From Pseudovirgaria hyperparasitica (Eukaryota): a DNA stretch of 64,000 nt. This document shows positions 11,758-24,221 of this stretch, piece by piece (the first letter of the stretch is position 1; each line of letters begins with the position of its first letter). Under the pieces are notes generated by a model, which did not search any database, was not told the origin of the DNA, and saw only the letters and a list, made by a program, of their open reading frames with translations. Position numbers and translations under genes: made by a program. Location: assembly GCA_010093815.1 (NCBI GenBank), contig ML996572.1; one strand, 5' to 3'.

Positions 11758-11900
11758 CTCGACCTATCAAGCCGATTGACGTATACAGATCAGTAGCTGT
11801 GTATCTGAAGAGTTCGATATACGAATCAGGGTTGTGTTGAGGCGTGATGATGGAGTTCTCGAGGCGTTGATTTCGTTGATGTTTACGTCGTAGGAGCCCG

Positions 11901-12064
11901 GTAAACAGTTTTGTAGTCTTCGACACGCGACAATCTACGTGATGATAAAAGACAAAAAGTGGCCAAGATATGAATACTCTACGCAGACACGATTAGCGAT
12001 ATTATCATATGATCACAACAAGCTGTCGTGATGGCTTGTCACGTACTCAAGCCGGAGACGCGAA
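11901..12064. promoter_or_regulatory. Putative cell-cycle elements upstream of the Nrm1/Whi5-like gene
   Basis: Forkhead consensus GTAAACA (11901-11907) and MCB/SCB-like ACGCGA (11925-11930, 12058-12063). These are short motifs and could occur by chance. Confidence 0.3.
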
Positions 12065-12395
12065 GTGGAAATGCACAAGGTCCGATGTATCGGCGTTCCC
12101 ATGACTCGCAGTATGGAGATGGCGCATGGGCCACTACTCGGCCCGGCCAAAGTGTGCTCATGCTCGGGTGCTTCTGCACTGCGCATACCAAGCAGGGTCC
12201 AGTTCAGGACGCCAGGAAGTGTGATCTGTAAAAGTATATGCTTTATCTAAATAATGTGTAATGATGCCATGCTACTATAACCACGTATGTCTCAAATGAC
12301 TCGATATGACCATCAAACTCCTGTATGAATGCCCGATTCTAATATAGTCCTCAACTTATTAGCACAGGGCATGCCATCCATGAAGCGAGCGAATC

Positions 12396-13774
12396 CTAGC
12401 GATGCTCTATTGGATCTTCGGCAAGTAATGGCTGCGTCGCGCCCCCGTCGGAATCAGCCGAAGTTCGTCGATTACCAGTCATGCACATTTGTAGGGGAGG
12501 GCGGATAATATCGTTGAACAAGAAGGTTCCATACACAAGAAGCGCAAAGCCGACGACCTGCAGCCACTTAAATGTCTCCCAGCCCAAACCAAGAGAAACA
12601 ATCCATATGAAAAGGGTTCGGCAGGTGTCGATAGTGGACCTTGATGTTGCTGAAACGGTGCGAGTAACTGATAGACCGAAGAAATTGAAGCCTCTATATT
12701 ATGATTAGTATCGTGAAAGACCTAGAGAGGGAGAAGCTATACCCGATGCTTATCATGATCAATATACTGCTGATAGCAATTGATCGAATCTCGAAGAACT
12801 CCCTAAACCCTTCCCTGGCGTCAAAGTATCCGTATCGTCCAGCGTCAGTCTGTCCGACCACTGCATGCAAGATGCCCATGACGATACCAGTGACTAAGAA
12901 TCCAAAGATACCTTCCCATCCTACTACCTTCAGCGGTTCCATCTCATACTTCTCCATGATAGATTCTTCAAGTACGAACTGGGAGGCAGTGAATATCTGC
13001 GCACCAGCAATACAGAGGATACCGATGATAGTCATCACCGCTGGGTCTGGCGAAGTTTCGGTCAAAATTCTGGTTGGAGTTGCCTTCTCGTCTCTGGTGA
13101 TTGCTCCCGCAAGCCCGACAAGTGCGACACCCGCAACGACAATAAATAAGGCCAGCCATTTGGCAGCCCCAAGTACTCTCTTCAAAAACAACACACTGAA
13201 AAGCCCAACGAAAAGCACGAGCGCGCCTCTCGTCATCTGGTATATACTGGCCGCAACAAATAGCAGTCCAACATTCATTAGCGTCGTTCCTGTAATATCG
13301 CAGACTGCAGGTGCTGCAAGCAGGAAGATCTTCCAGCCAACAAGAGGGATTCTCTCGATCTCTTCATGCGATAGTTTCAGCGGATTTGCAACAGGCGGCG
13401 TAGCAGAGCCTGTGTCGTGCGTCAAAATGTCCTCTTGATCTCCTTCGACACCGCGTGTGCTTATCGGCTCATAACCTGCTTTCTTTGTAGTGTATCGTTG
13501 ATAGAGGGAGAATCCGCCAACGACGAGCCAGCAGCCCATCTCACCGATAAACATTTGGAGGGTCTGTAATACGGGCTGTTCAAAGTGTTTCCGTTTGTTG
13601 GGATCTGTCGAGTCGCAGTCGCGGACGCATACCATGTCCTGAAGGCCACTAATATCAGTTTGACTCCAGAGTCGAAGATACTTGACTGACCTGATACTTA
13701 GTCAAGAGTGTATTGCACACTCCGGTGAGCAACATCATGGCCACCAGGAGTGGTATCGCAGCTTTGACGGCCAT
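12396..13774 (-). CDS. SLC35F6-like drug/metabolite (nucleotide-sugar) transporter family membrane protein
   Basis: Exon 1 MAVKAAIPLLVAMMLLTGVCNTLLTKYQ (ATG 13774), then FEQPVLQTLQMFIGE, ASIYQMTRG, QFVLEE, VGWEGIFG and SATSRSTIDTCRT. About 10 TM helices; GT-AG introns. Confidence 0.85.
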
Positions 13775-14618
13775 GCTAGGATGAGCGAGCTGAGAAGCTC
13801 AGTTGGGGAAGGACTATGGCTGTGCCGAAGATGGTGGATGTGTGAATAATAGTGGAGAGAGGGAATAATGTAGGAGTATAGAGGTCAAGTCCTCTCTGTT
13901 TCGAAAACGAAGAGCAGTCAGATCTGTCGTTCGATGGTTATAGTGGTTCGAATACAGAGGTGCTTTACGTGAGTCGTGACATGGGCACGAGACTCGTACC
14001 TAGGCCATGTTGCTTATCTAGCTTCGGATATTAGCAAGGATCCTGGAGCTTGGGCCGCTTTGTACTGCAGCGGGCTCAACACATACATGGTGGACCAGTT
14101 CCAAGAATGTGCAAGACAACTTCTGTTGAGCGCTAAATGGGCACAATGCACGGTTCAAATTACTTTTGGACAATTGTATCTAGTAGTCGACATTCATCTA
14201 ATTTCTCGAGTTGTGTATGACGATATTGCTAATACGCCGCCACGAGACAGCGGCTTGCACCTCACTCGAATCCAGTAAAGAAAGGGTATTCAGTTGACCT
14301 CCTATGCAATACAAGTCTGCCATCCCAGCGACAACGCCAATGATGGATTGTTCAAAGCACCCGTACAACACCGTCCTGTGAAAACCGAAAACCATAATGC
14401 CGCATAAGGTGGAGGTATTAATGCGTTATCTCAACCGAATGTTTAATCGTAAAAGCGATGGCGAAAGGAAATTGTATATGCAACCACGAAAAGTGAGACT
14501 AATCAAGAGTGCGGACTTGAAACCTGTTTCCCAAGGCGCCTTGTAAATAGTTGGGTATCAATGTCAATCGAATGGTGGAAAGAACGCTTGTCGAGTAATG
14601 CAGCACGCTAGAATACGT

Positions 14619-15801
14619 TCATTTTGGCCCGAAAGGCGTTCCCTCCCAGCCAGGGATGCCATTGTCACCAAGACCAGCCTCGGCGTCGAAGTAGTCCTCA
14701 AACTTCACATCGTCCCATGCATTATCGGCAGCTGAGAAGGTGACCTTGTCTTGTAGTTCGATCCCCCAGTCAGGCGCATCACCGCCCAGATCAAATTTTT
14801 CGTCGAAGTTAAGTATCAAATTCTGGTCAATGTTAGAGTCAAGCGCGACATCTATGTTGAGGTTGTCGAATTCGCTGATGTCGCTCTCGCGGGTCGAAGT
14901 ACTCTCTCGACTACTCTCAGGGGTCATAATATCAGCCTGGATTCGCGGTTGAAGCCATGTAAGGCCTTCTGGATCGTCTCCAAGCACATCATTGCCAGCC
15001 CAATCAGGAAGCTGGCCAGGGATCTCAATGCCGCCGAAACTCGCTTGAAAGTCGGCCACGGAGAATGGTGCATCGGCCCATGGATCCAGTTCTGCGTCAG
15101 ATACTACTTCAGCCTGGGCAGGTACTTTTGCAGGTTCCTTGCCAGTAGTTGTGTAGGCACTATTTGTACCAGGTGTCTTGCTTGTAGGCTGTGGTGTTTT
15201 CAAAAAGCTTGACGGAGAGCTCTTGATTCCCTGCTGTGTTGGAATGCGGTTCATAGGTGTCGAAACAGAAGCTGGGGTTGCGGCTTCCTGTTTCATGGAA
15301 CTGGTGCCGATAATTGGTTTGGAAGAACGGTCTGCAGCATTGACACTCTCCTTCGGAATCTTTTGGGTTCCGTCCGGATTGCAGTTCAGACTATTTGCCA
15401 TAGCGTTAATAGACCATGCCAATGGGTCTTTGACTGGAGGATGACAGTCCGTCAGATGATTATTCAGATCGGATTGGCTTTCGAATTTGGAGAAATGCGA
15501 GTCACAGTCGCTGTGAGGACACTTGAAGCTCGGCTTTGTCTCTGCTGGCATTTCTGTAGGTTGCTGTCGCTTGACGTCAGGAGACGGGGGTTTCCCAGCA
15601 CTATTTGTTGGGAGCTGGGCAGGCATAGATGTAGGAGTGTTATTGGGCTTCCGCCTCTTCGTGGCCGGCAGTTTCATGGTATTAGGGTCAAAGCGAGTTT
15701 GAGCATAGGCAGGTACACCCTGTGGGCTTGGTGCAGGTATTTGGAAGGATGGACCCTTCTCAGTAGTGGGTGCGGAAGGGGGTCTATTACCGGACTGCTG
15801 C

Positions 15802-15833
<32 letters not shown>

Positions 15834-18800
15834 CTGCTCTTTCTGATGTTTGACGTTCTCATGCCGAAGTTGTTCAAGACTCTCAGCTGTCAACTGCGTT
15901 GCTGCCGGCACGTTACCGGGTGGAATACTCATCGACGGTGGTTGACCATTAGGCCCATTTTGCGCCATGCTCTTTGCAAGATCTTGAGCCTTCTGGATGA
16001 AAGTCCCAATCTGCGTCAGGTCAATCTCCAATTGTGATAAGAAGAATGAAAGTTGTTCCTTGAGACTCCAGGAATTCGTCGAGGACCCAGGTGGTTGCTG
16101 AATAGTGTTCCTCTTTATTCGAGCTCTAGATTCCATCACAGCACGGAAGGGAGCTTCGGCTCCTCCTCGTTGTGTCCACGCAGCCAATGAAGAATCAAGT
16201 TTCTGAAGAGTTGTGATGTTTGCCCTTATTCTCATTTGCATCTTCTCGCGCATTTCCTTGGGTACTGTAAGGTTAGGTGCAGCCTGAACTTTCTTTTCGG
16301 CCTCTGCAGCAATAATTCTGTACTTATGCATTGCTACCGGTGGCTTCGCAGATGTCTTGATAGCGTTCTGTATGCGCTTGATATTATCTTGTTGAGACGC
16401 GGGGGTTGGGTTTTGTTGTTCAGTGTTCATCTTTTGACCCGCAGCTTGCCCTTGCACTGTTGTCGTCAGATTGGCGCTCTTCCGGGCCGGGTCCGCGCTG
16501 TCCGTATCATCATTGGGCCGCTTCGAGCCCTTCTGGTTTTGGATTCGTGAAATGGTCTGTTGATTGGGAGTTTGTTGGGCTTCAGAGATTTTTGGCGTTC
16601 GGTTGCCTTTGACTTGACCAGTCTGGGATACATTGACATTGTTGGGAGGTTTCGGCGTTGGCTGGGTCATAGGTGGAACCGTGGGCGGTCTGTCAACTTG
16701 CTGCTGTGGTCGACCGGGCGCTTGCATTGGCTGTTGATGAAGCTGCTGTACCTGCCCTTGCTGTTCCTGTTGCTGGCGCATGAGTTCTTGTCTCCGTGCA
16801 TTCAGTGAGTTCTGGCGCTGGCTGTTAATAAAGGATCGGACTTGGTCGTCCGTGAAGGCTTGCGCTTGCTGCATAGGTAATTTTGCACGGGCTGTTGCAA
16901 TGTCTTGAGGCGTCAATGGTGGGAAGTTCATGTTATTGAAGTTCATGGGAACGGGACCTTGAGGGTGATTTCCTTGCTGTGGGAACATAGCCCCCGGGCC
17001 CATTTGGGCTGTTGGAGCTTGTCCTCCAGGTGGTAGCAGGTTATTGCCCAGTCCGTTCTGTACCTGATTTCTCATCATGTTGTTCTGTAACCTTGCGTTC
17101 ATTTCGAGCAGCTGGGAACCTTGCAGCATTGTCAATTTCGCGTTCAGATCCCTCGCAAAGTCAGGAGCATGTGTCTGTTGTACCCATTGTTTGAGTTGCG
17201 CCCAAGATTTCACTTGTTCCGGCACAGGCTGTCGAAATGCCGGATTGTTGGTGATATTGGGTGGGAAGGGCTTCTGGTCCATCATCCCAATCTGCTGTGG
17301 ATTGCTGGCGAATTGTCTTGCGAATTGCTCGCGTCGGAGTTTTGCCTGAGCCTGCTGTTGTGTCAGGCCCTGAGGCACTTGACCAGGCCCAAATACCTGC
17401 CCAGCGTTGGGACCGCCACCAAAGCCACCATTTGTAGCGTTCATGAATTGGGCGTTGGGTGGAGCAGAAAGCTGCCCTGGCGACACTTGAGGTTGTCCTT
17501 GCTGGGTAGGATGCATCTGCATAGGAAATCCCGTTTGTGGACTGGGACGGAGTGCGTTTTGATTTCTTTTCTCGAGTAAAGCTTGAAGGTTCTCGTCCGG
17601 GACGCTCATTATCTGATCACGTACTTGCGGAGGCAGATGCGTAGTATACTGCAATCGCATCTGCTTCATCTGCTCAATTGTTGGTGTTCCTTGTGCATTC
17701 TGCACTCTTTGCTGCATCATTTGGATCGCTTGCATTGCGTTTATGGACATACCATTCGGCATGGTGCCATTTGACGGCGTACCAGGTTGAGCTGACCGTT
17801 GTTGGGCATTGCCACTGCCAGCCTGAGACCCAGCCATTCTTGGTACAAAAGTTGAGTTCAAGTTCGACAGGGGCGCACGACTCTGTCCTGGTGGGATATT
17901 GTTGTTCATGCTCATCGACTGCTGAGGCTGCGCCTGAGCTTGAGCCTGAGCTTGAGCTTGAGATTGAGCTTGAGCTTGGGCTTGAGCTTGAGCCTGCACT
18001 CGTATCCGATTCATGTGCTCTTGCTGTGCAAGTTGCTGTTGTTGCTGCTGCTGCTGTTGTTGCTGTTGTTGCTGCTGCTGTTGTTGTTGTTGTTGCTGCT
18101 GTTGCTGCTGCTGTTGCTGCTGTTGCTGAATCTGTTGATTTCGCATCAGATCTTCTTGCTGCTGGCGCTGCTGCTGTTGTTGCTGCTGCTGATGTTGCTG
18201 TGGTTGCTGCTGCATATTTGGTACCTGAGGCGGTCGGTGAATAGTACCCATTCCGTTGCCGCCTTGTTGCTGCGCCTGAGCGTGTGTATTAGAGAACATT
18301 CCACCTTGAGTATTATTACTGTTAGTGTTGTTGCTAGCGGGAACGACTTGATGTCCTGCCTCTGCGAGCCGCGTGGCATTGGCCTGTTGCTGGCCAAGTT
18401 GAGAATAGCCAAATTCTGGGTTACCTTGCATGGAGCTTTGTTGGCCCTGGCCTTGTGGGTGGTTACCGTTGCTTTGTGGGTTGAGTCCTTGCGGCATCAT
18501 TCCGTTCATCTGCGCACTGGGTTGCTGCTGCCGTGTACTGATTTTCTTTTGAATATACTGGTGCATGACCTTTTCTCTAAATTGCCAGAACACAGGATCG
18601 ATCCCCTTGGAGCGGAGTGTAGCCAACAGCTGCGGGGGCAGCCCAGTCGCCTCCATTCTTATCCTCTCCATCTGTTCACTCGGTTGTTGCGAGAATTTAG
18701 CCGTAGCCACATCATTGATAGTCTTCAAATCTTGATTCGAGAGAGTAAACCCTTTGTTGCGCGCTGATTGTGACAATAGCTGTAACGTCAATGGTAATTG

Positions 18801-19517
18801 TGCAGGATTCGGCTGTTGTAGCATTTGTGGCTGTGGTTGTGGACCTGTTTGCTGCGAACCAGGTACATGAGATGGATTCATCCCACCAACAGAGGACTGT
18901 TGATTCATTGGAATAGCAGAAGGTTGCATCTGTCGCTGTAGGTGTTGTGGGAATGCTTGTGTAAACTGCTGGCCTTGTTGTGAACGAGAGTTTTGCATTG
19001 GTGTTTGTTGCGGGTTGCTCATCTGCGGGAATCCGAGGCCTCCATTCATCTGTGCCAGTCTTGCGCGCTTGGTTGAGATTTCTGACATCATGTTTGCGAT
19101 ATTGGCCTGGTATTCTTCCTACAAGATTGTTAGCTCGTGCAATCGTGTTCGTGTCAAGTGTGCTTACGACTGAGCCACAACTCTTGAAGCGATCAGTTTC
19201 AAGTCGAATCGCACGGTTGAGCACATCGCTGGGAGAGGCGGCGCCTTGCTGGAGAAGACCAAGGTTGGTAGATCTGTAGTAAAGGGCGGAAAGGTTAGTA
19301 TGTACCCTGAACTTAGGCTCGAGTATGGCACGTACAAGCTGATAGCTATCTTTGCTCGTTCTGTAGGGCGCACGTTCTGCTGCCAACCAGGAGGCACATC
19401 TTGTGTCTGATAATGGGCTTGAACAGCATTGATGTTGTGTTCACGGCCCGCGCCCATGTTAGGGTTGCCTGGCATGGGCATGCCGTTCACGTTCTGAAAA
19501 TTGTTGTTCATCATCAT
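14619..19517 (-). CDS. med15: Mediator tail subunit Med15/Gal11-like (N-terminal KIX, Q-rich, C2H2-like motif, acidic tail)
   Basis: Spliced N-terminus GWQQNVRPTERAKIAISL|STNL...RLETDRFKSCGSV|EEYQANIANMMSEI has the KIX pattern. Long polyQ and (QA)n tracts; CPHSDC...HLTDCH. Intron 19274-19335 and a second short intron before the 1490-aa ORF. Confidence 0.75.
17925..18212 (-). repeat. (CAG/CAA)n polyQ and (CAAGCT)n QA coding repeats
   Basis: Long uninterrupted Gln run and QAQAQA tract within the Med15-like CDS; a second polyQ lies at ~15795-15838. Confidence 0.9.
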
Positions 19518-20673
19518 GTCGATCCAGGACGACAAAGTGTCGATGGAGATGGGCTCGGAGAGCGAAGGATCATGTGTCGGCGAAGAAGCGCATGTGTGAG
19601 AAGGATATGCAGATATCGGGTGCGCAGGCAGTCGGTGAAGAGGACTAGGCGTGAATGTGTGGCGGCGTAGGTGTCACAGCCCCCGAAGTAGCGAAAGACA
19701 GGGCGTGTAGATGGTATAGGCGTAGACGCTGGAAATAGAGCAAACAAAGGGCCGGATGAAATTCGAAAATCCAATATCGACGATCAAGAGAAGTGTGCTA
19801 AAGGTAGGTTCAGTGGGCGCGTGCGACCCAGGCGAGAGGATGGTGTCAGCGGAGTTTGTAAGGGTACCGGTGAAGAGATAGAGCGTGGCTCCGTTCCCAA
19901 GGATATCGAGGTATGGAGTGAGACAAGCTGCGGATTTGCAGGGAAGGAATGCGCAAAAGTTGTATCCAACAGCGTAAGTCTGGATTGGTATTGATGGTAG
20001 GGCGGAGAGCACGGAGGAGAGCGGAGGGGAGCGGAGGGAAGAGGAGTGAGTGAATGAGATGTTTGTGGAGGAGTAGAGGTTGTGGGTGGTGGTGAACAAG
20101 AGAAGTGTCAAGCTGGACAAGCTGGACGGGCACTGACTGGCCCAGAACTTGCGGACCCAGCTAAAACTAGGTGTTCCGTAGATCCCCTTCCCCTACCTAT
20201 CAGCACTATCGCTGGCGTCCAATAGCATCACGACTCACTGCACAAAACCGTTGCGCCCTCGCTGTCAATTCAGACAGAGTCATCAATCCTACGCACGATG
20301 ATTTATGGACCGAGCGCTACCTCATCAGTTGCCCGACAGTCATAGATGATGGCAGGAGAAGAGCGCATCACATCAGCCTTGAGGAATGAATACAAAGCTA
20401 CCTACACGCAGGCTGAAGACCTACTCACGTAGAGGTGAGCGCTGGAGTGGATGAAGGCTCCAGGGGAGAGCCAGGCACGACGTCTGCCCTGGTTTGGTTG
20501 CGGACGAACTGCTAATAAAGCCTCTAACTAGTTATTTATGCCTGCAGACGACCGGTCTTCTAGCTGTAGAAGGGCGATGAATGCAGCTGGTAGGCTGGTA
20601 GACCCGGTCGAAGCGTACGGACGGTAGGTATTAATGGTGAGGTGGGTGATGGAGTGTGTATGTGCGAGAGCAT

Positions 20674-20718
20674 GGGCAAGGGCCAAGGGCACGGGCAAGG
20701 ACAAGGGCAAGGGCAAGG
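20674..20718 (+). repeat. Imperfect (GGGCAA)n hexamer microsatellite
   Basis: gggcaagggccaagggcacgggcaaggacaagggcaagggcaagg, intergenic. Confidence 0.75.
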
Positions 20719-21493
20719 TTCAAAACACTCCTCCGACACCGATGGACCAAGGCAACGTACTATGTGTACAAGTAATAATTACTGGATGTACTGTATGTAC
20801 ATAGTAGAAAGAAGAGATAGTATGGAGTCTTCTCAGGGGTTGATTGCTCGTCAGGCTGTTTGACTCTATGCCTCTTGCCTCTTGCCTCTCGTAGGTCTCG
20901 CATTACGTTGACTGTGTATTATGTTCAGATTGATCATCTTAATGTCTATGCGTGGGTGTGCTAGGTACTACTGCACAGGTACATTGGCAGCCAAGATTAA
21001 ACTGTCACTTTGTGGTTTTGATAATAGTGAAGCGCGAAGATTAGATGTGGGCACATTGTCGAATGGGTGTACTTAGTAGTATACAGCTGGCTCTAATTAC
21101 CTGGCTAAGGATAAGTAAGGATAATTAGTTATTATTACCTTAGGTACCTAGCCTTCTTCCCCTCCACATCCCTCCGTCGCTCCTTCCCGCTCCGCCCCTA
21201 CTAAGCACCCGCCTACAGCCCCCGGCACAAACCTTCAAGCCCCAAAACCTTCGAGCCTAATCGGATGTAATTACTTACTGTAGGTCTGGAGTGTCCTAGT
21301 GTCCCAGCCCAACCCTTGGGAGGTCCAAACCAACGCGCGCTTAATATAATATAATAAGTGACGGATTGGCTGAACATCAATAAGTCGTCAGTCAGGCAGC
21401 CTACGGAGATCTTTCATTATATCTTGTATACATAAGTGCGAGCACATCCTCTTCTACCCCACCCCCTGGTGATGCCGAGATCGACACCAGTCG

Positions 21494-22492
21494 TCATCGA
21501 GGTGCTGTCTTTATCGCCCGGAACTTTTGTGTTACTTCAGCGATGGCTGTTTCGACCGGTAATCTCTCCATAGAACTCGCCCCATAGAATCCATGAGCGT
21601 TTGTTTGCTCCAGCACAAACTTCGCGTCCTGTGGCTGAGCAATTGGTCCTCCGTGGCAGAGCACAATCACCTCCTTGTTGACTGCTATTGCTGCATCGTA
21701 TATCTCTTGGACCAGCTTCACACATTCCTCCAAAGTCTTACCCTTCTTTGCTCCAATCGCACCGCTAGAGGTCAGGCCCATGTGTGCCACGATCACATCT
21801 GCGCCTGCTTCGGTCATCACTTTCGCCTCTTTTGCGTTGAATGCATAAGGCGTCGTTAGCATGTCCATCGAGTGCGCCAGCTTGATCAGCTCCACTTCCG
21901 TATCGTAGCCCATTCCCGTTTCCTCCAGATTCTGTCGATACACGCTGTCGGCATCAATTAACCCTACAGTTGGGAAGTTCTGGACTCCCGCGATTCCACG
22001 GCCTCGGAGGTCTGCAAGTAGGGTCGGCAGTGAACGAAACGGATCCGATGCGCAGACTCCAGCCAGGACGGGCACCTGTTTCACAATGGAAACAATTTCA
22101 TTTGCCTTGAATCAGGTAGTCAGCGACTCAGCATTATGCTTGTTCTGTGCACTATGTACGGCTCATGGCCTGGATTCTTTGCAACGTTGGTTGGAAGTGT
22201 CGTACCATCTCCAACACAATATCGTTGGCATTCCCATACGGCTGCAGTCCCGCGAGACTGCCACGACCAGCCATACGGTATCGACCGCTGTTGTAAATTA
22301 TGATCAAATCACCTCCACCAGCCTCGAAAGACTTTGCAGAGAGCCCGATTCCTAAGCGTCTGTCACTTTTGTGCTTCCACTTCATTTCGGAGGGTTTTGC
22401 CCACCTGCTCCTGCTCCGACGATGGCTCGCCCCTCAGCAATCGCATCTCTTAGCCGTTTCAGGATCTCCTGACGATCAGTCGGTGGTGGCAT
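21494..22492 (-). CDS. TIM-barrel signal-transduction / PEP-hydrolase-like protein (homologous to the Tm-1 C-terminal domain); 3 exons
   Basis: [14 protein letters not shown]...IVGAGA|GIGLSAK...[50 protein letters not shown] and [12 protein letters not shown]. Introns at 22352-22404 and 22106-22205. Confidence 0.9.
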
Positions 22493-22943
22493 GAAGACTA
22501 AAAGTCCTTTACCCTTTTGTTTCAGAGAAATGAGTTCATCTGCAATCTTCTAAAACCTTTGAAACCGATATCTACTCCCGTTGAAAGCAATTCACAGTTT
22601 TCACCATGACGCAACAGCTAGAAAGTGGGGGCACTCAACTGGGGGCCTCTTGCAGCTGGTCCACAGTCTACTCAGTCCAGGTCGACGGCGGCGGCAGCCG
22701 AACCGTAGTTTCCTAGCCTTAATTAGGTAGTAACGCTTAACGCTTCTACTAGAACATTCCTGGTTAATATCATATAGACATCTACACATTTCAGCCAAGC
22801 TAGATGCCGTTCGCTTCGCTGCATCTGCGGTAGTCTTGACCCATGCTCTACTGAATTCAAAACACTTACCATGAAGTACAGGATCATTTGTACCAATGCG
22901 CGAACCTGATAACACCGCTTATGCGTACTTCTAGGACCACGCC
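22493..22943. promoter_or_regulatory. Shared bidirectional promoter of the Tm-1-like gene pair
   Basis: 451 bp between divergent ATGs. Two SYGGRG (CreA-type) sites at 22625-22630 and 22639-22644; CGG/CCG triplet cluster at 22686-22705. Confidence 0.55.
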
Positions 22944-24221
22944 ATGCAAACCACGAAAGTTCTCCTTTTCGGGACCTGCGATACCAAATTGCCCGAGCTC
23001 CTCTACCTCCGGGACCAATTACTGGCCCATCGCAATACTCAAATTCTTCTCGTCGATGTTAGCGTCGGCAATGAGACGCCCAATGATCAAGCAATCGACA
23101 TTTATAGCCATGACGTCCTCCTTTTGCATCCGAAGCAAGCTGGAGTCAAAAATGAGACATTCTGCAGGCTGTCTCGAAGTCAGCGTATAAATCACATGGC
23201 ACTGTGCATGAAAGAGCTCGTCAGCCAAAGGCATAGGTCTGGTGAGATTCATGCCACTATATCCGCTGGCGGTAGTGGAAATACCTCCCTGGCAGCAGAA
23301 GTCATGAGAGAAGCTCTACCATTGGGCTTTCCGAAGCTCATTGTATCGACGATAGCCAGCGGTGACACCGGGCCGATCGTGGGTGAAGCCGACATAACGC
23401 TTATGTATTCGGTGGTAGACGTCGCTGGGCTTAATGCCTTGCTGAGAAGCGTGCTAGAGAACGCTGCGGGTGCTGTTGTGGGCATGGCAGAGTCATATCG
23501 CCGAAGACTATCAACACAAAGTGCGCATGGTGACTCTACACTGGAGAAAAAGCGCGTTGGGATTACAATGTTCGGTGTCACTACTCCAGCAGTGAATAAG
23601 ATACAAAAGCTTTTGCAAGAAAGCAATCGTCCGGTCGAAGTGTTTGTTTTCCACGCCACCGGTCACGGCGGCAAGGCCATGGAACGTCTCATACGTGAAG
23701 GGGGATTAGATGCTGTGATCGATCTTACTACAACTGAAATATGCGACTACATCTGCGGTGGGAGCATGAGCGCTGGTCCGACAAGGCTGGACGCTGCGGC
23801 CTCTGCTGGAATACCCTGCATTGTCAGCTTAGGCGCCACGGACATGGTGAACTTTGGGCCAAAGTCAACGGTTCCTGAGAGATATCAGGCTAGGCAACTG
23901 TATGAGCATAATCCTATGATTACATTGATGAGAACGGATAAGGCGGAATGCGAACAGGTAGGTGCATTCATCGTCAATAAGCTTAAACAAGCTACGAGGC
24001 CGGATGTTGTTCAGGTCTGGATACCTGAAGGTGGTGTCAGTGCTATGGCCAGCCCCAACGGACCGTTCCAAGATCAAGAAGCCGACAATGCATTGGCAAG
24101 GATTGTTGAGACTGGATTGAGTGACAGTGGCGTTGAGATTGTGAAGAAGCCGTATGCTATCAATGACGAGGAGTTCGCTAGTGGCATCACCGCAGCTCTG
24201 ATCAAGCTGCTTGGCTTGTGA
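22944..24221 (+). CDS. UPF0261 / Tm-1-like ATP-binding domain protein (homologous to the Tm-1 N-terminal domain)
   Basis: Intronless 425 aa. GTCDTK..E, GGSGNT, LPLGFPKLIVSTIASG, SVVDVAGLN, ITMFGVTTP, VFHATGHGGKAME, DLTTTE, GATDMVNFG, HNP..TLMRT and IND.EFA. Confidence 0.92.
   Translation: MQTTKVLLFGTCDTKLPELLYLRDQLLAHRNTQILLVDVSVGNETPNDQAIDIYSHDVLLLHPKQAGVKNETFCRLSRSQRINHMALCMKELVSQRHRSGEIHATISAGGSGNTSLAAEVMREALPLGFPKLIVSTIASGDTGPIVGEADITLMYSVVDVAGLNALLRSVLENAAGAVVGMAESYRRRLSTQSAHGDSTLEKKRVGITMFGVTTPAVNKIQKLLQESNRPVEVFVFHATGHGGKAMERLIREGGLDAVIDLTTTEICDYICGGSMSAGPTRLDAAASAGIPCIVSLGATDMVNFGPKSTVPERYQARQLYEHNPMITLMRTDKAECEQVGAFIVNKLKQATRPDVVQVWIPEGGVSAMASPNGPFQDQEADNALARIVETGLSDSGVEIVKKPYAINDEEFASGITAALIKLLGL

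Noticed and set aside
13935..13960. GGTTCGAAT B-box/T-loop-like motif
   Set aside because: No cloverleaf stems or correctly spaced A-box found; not called as tRNA.
17678..18767. Poly-Leu and poly-Ala/Val plus-strand ORFs
   Set aside because: Antisense frames of the Med15 CAG/CAA repeats.
20760..21360. TpA-rich stretch with a TAAGGATAA duplication
   Set aside because: Could be a RIP-degraded remnant, but no terminal repeats or coding homology are recognisable.
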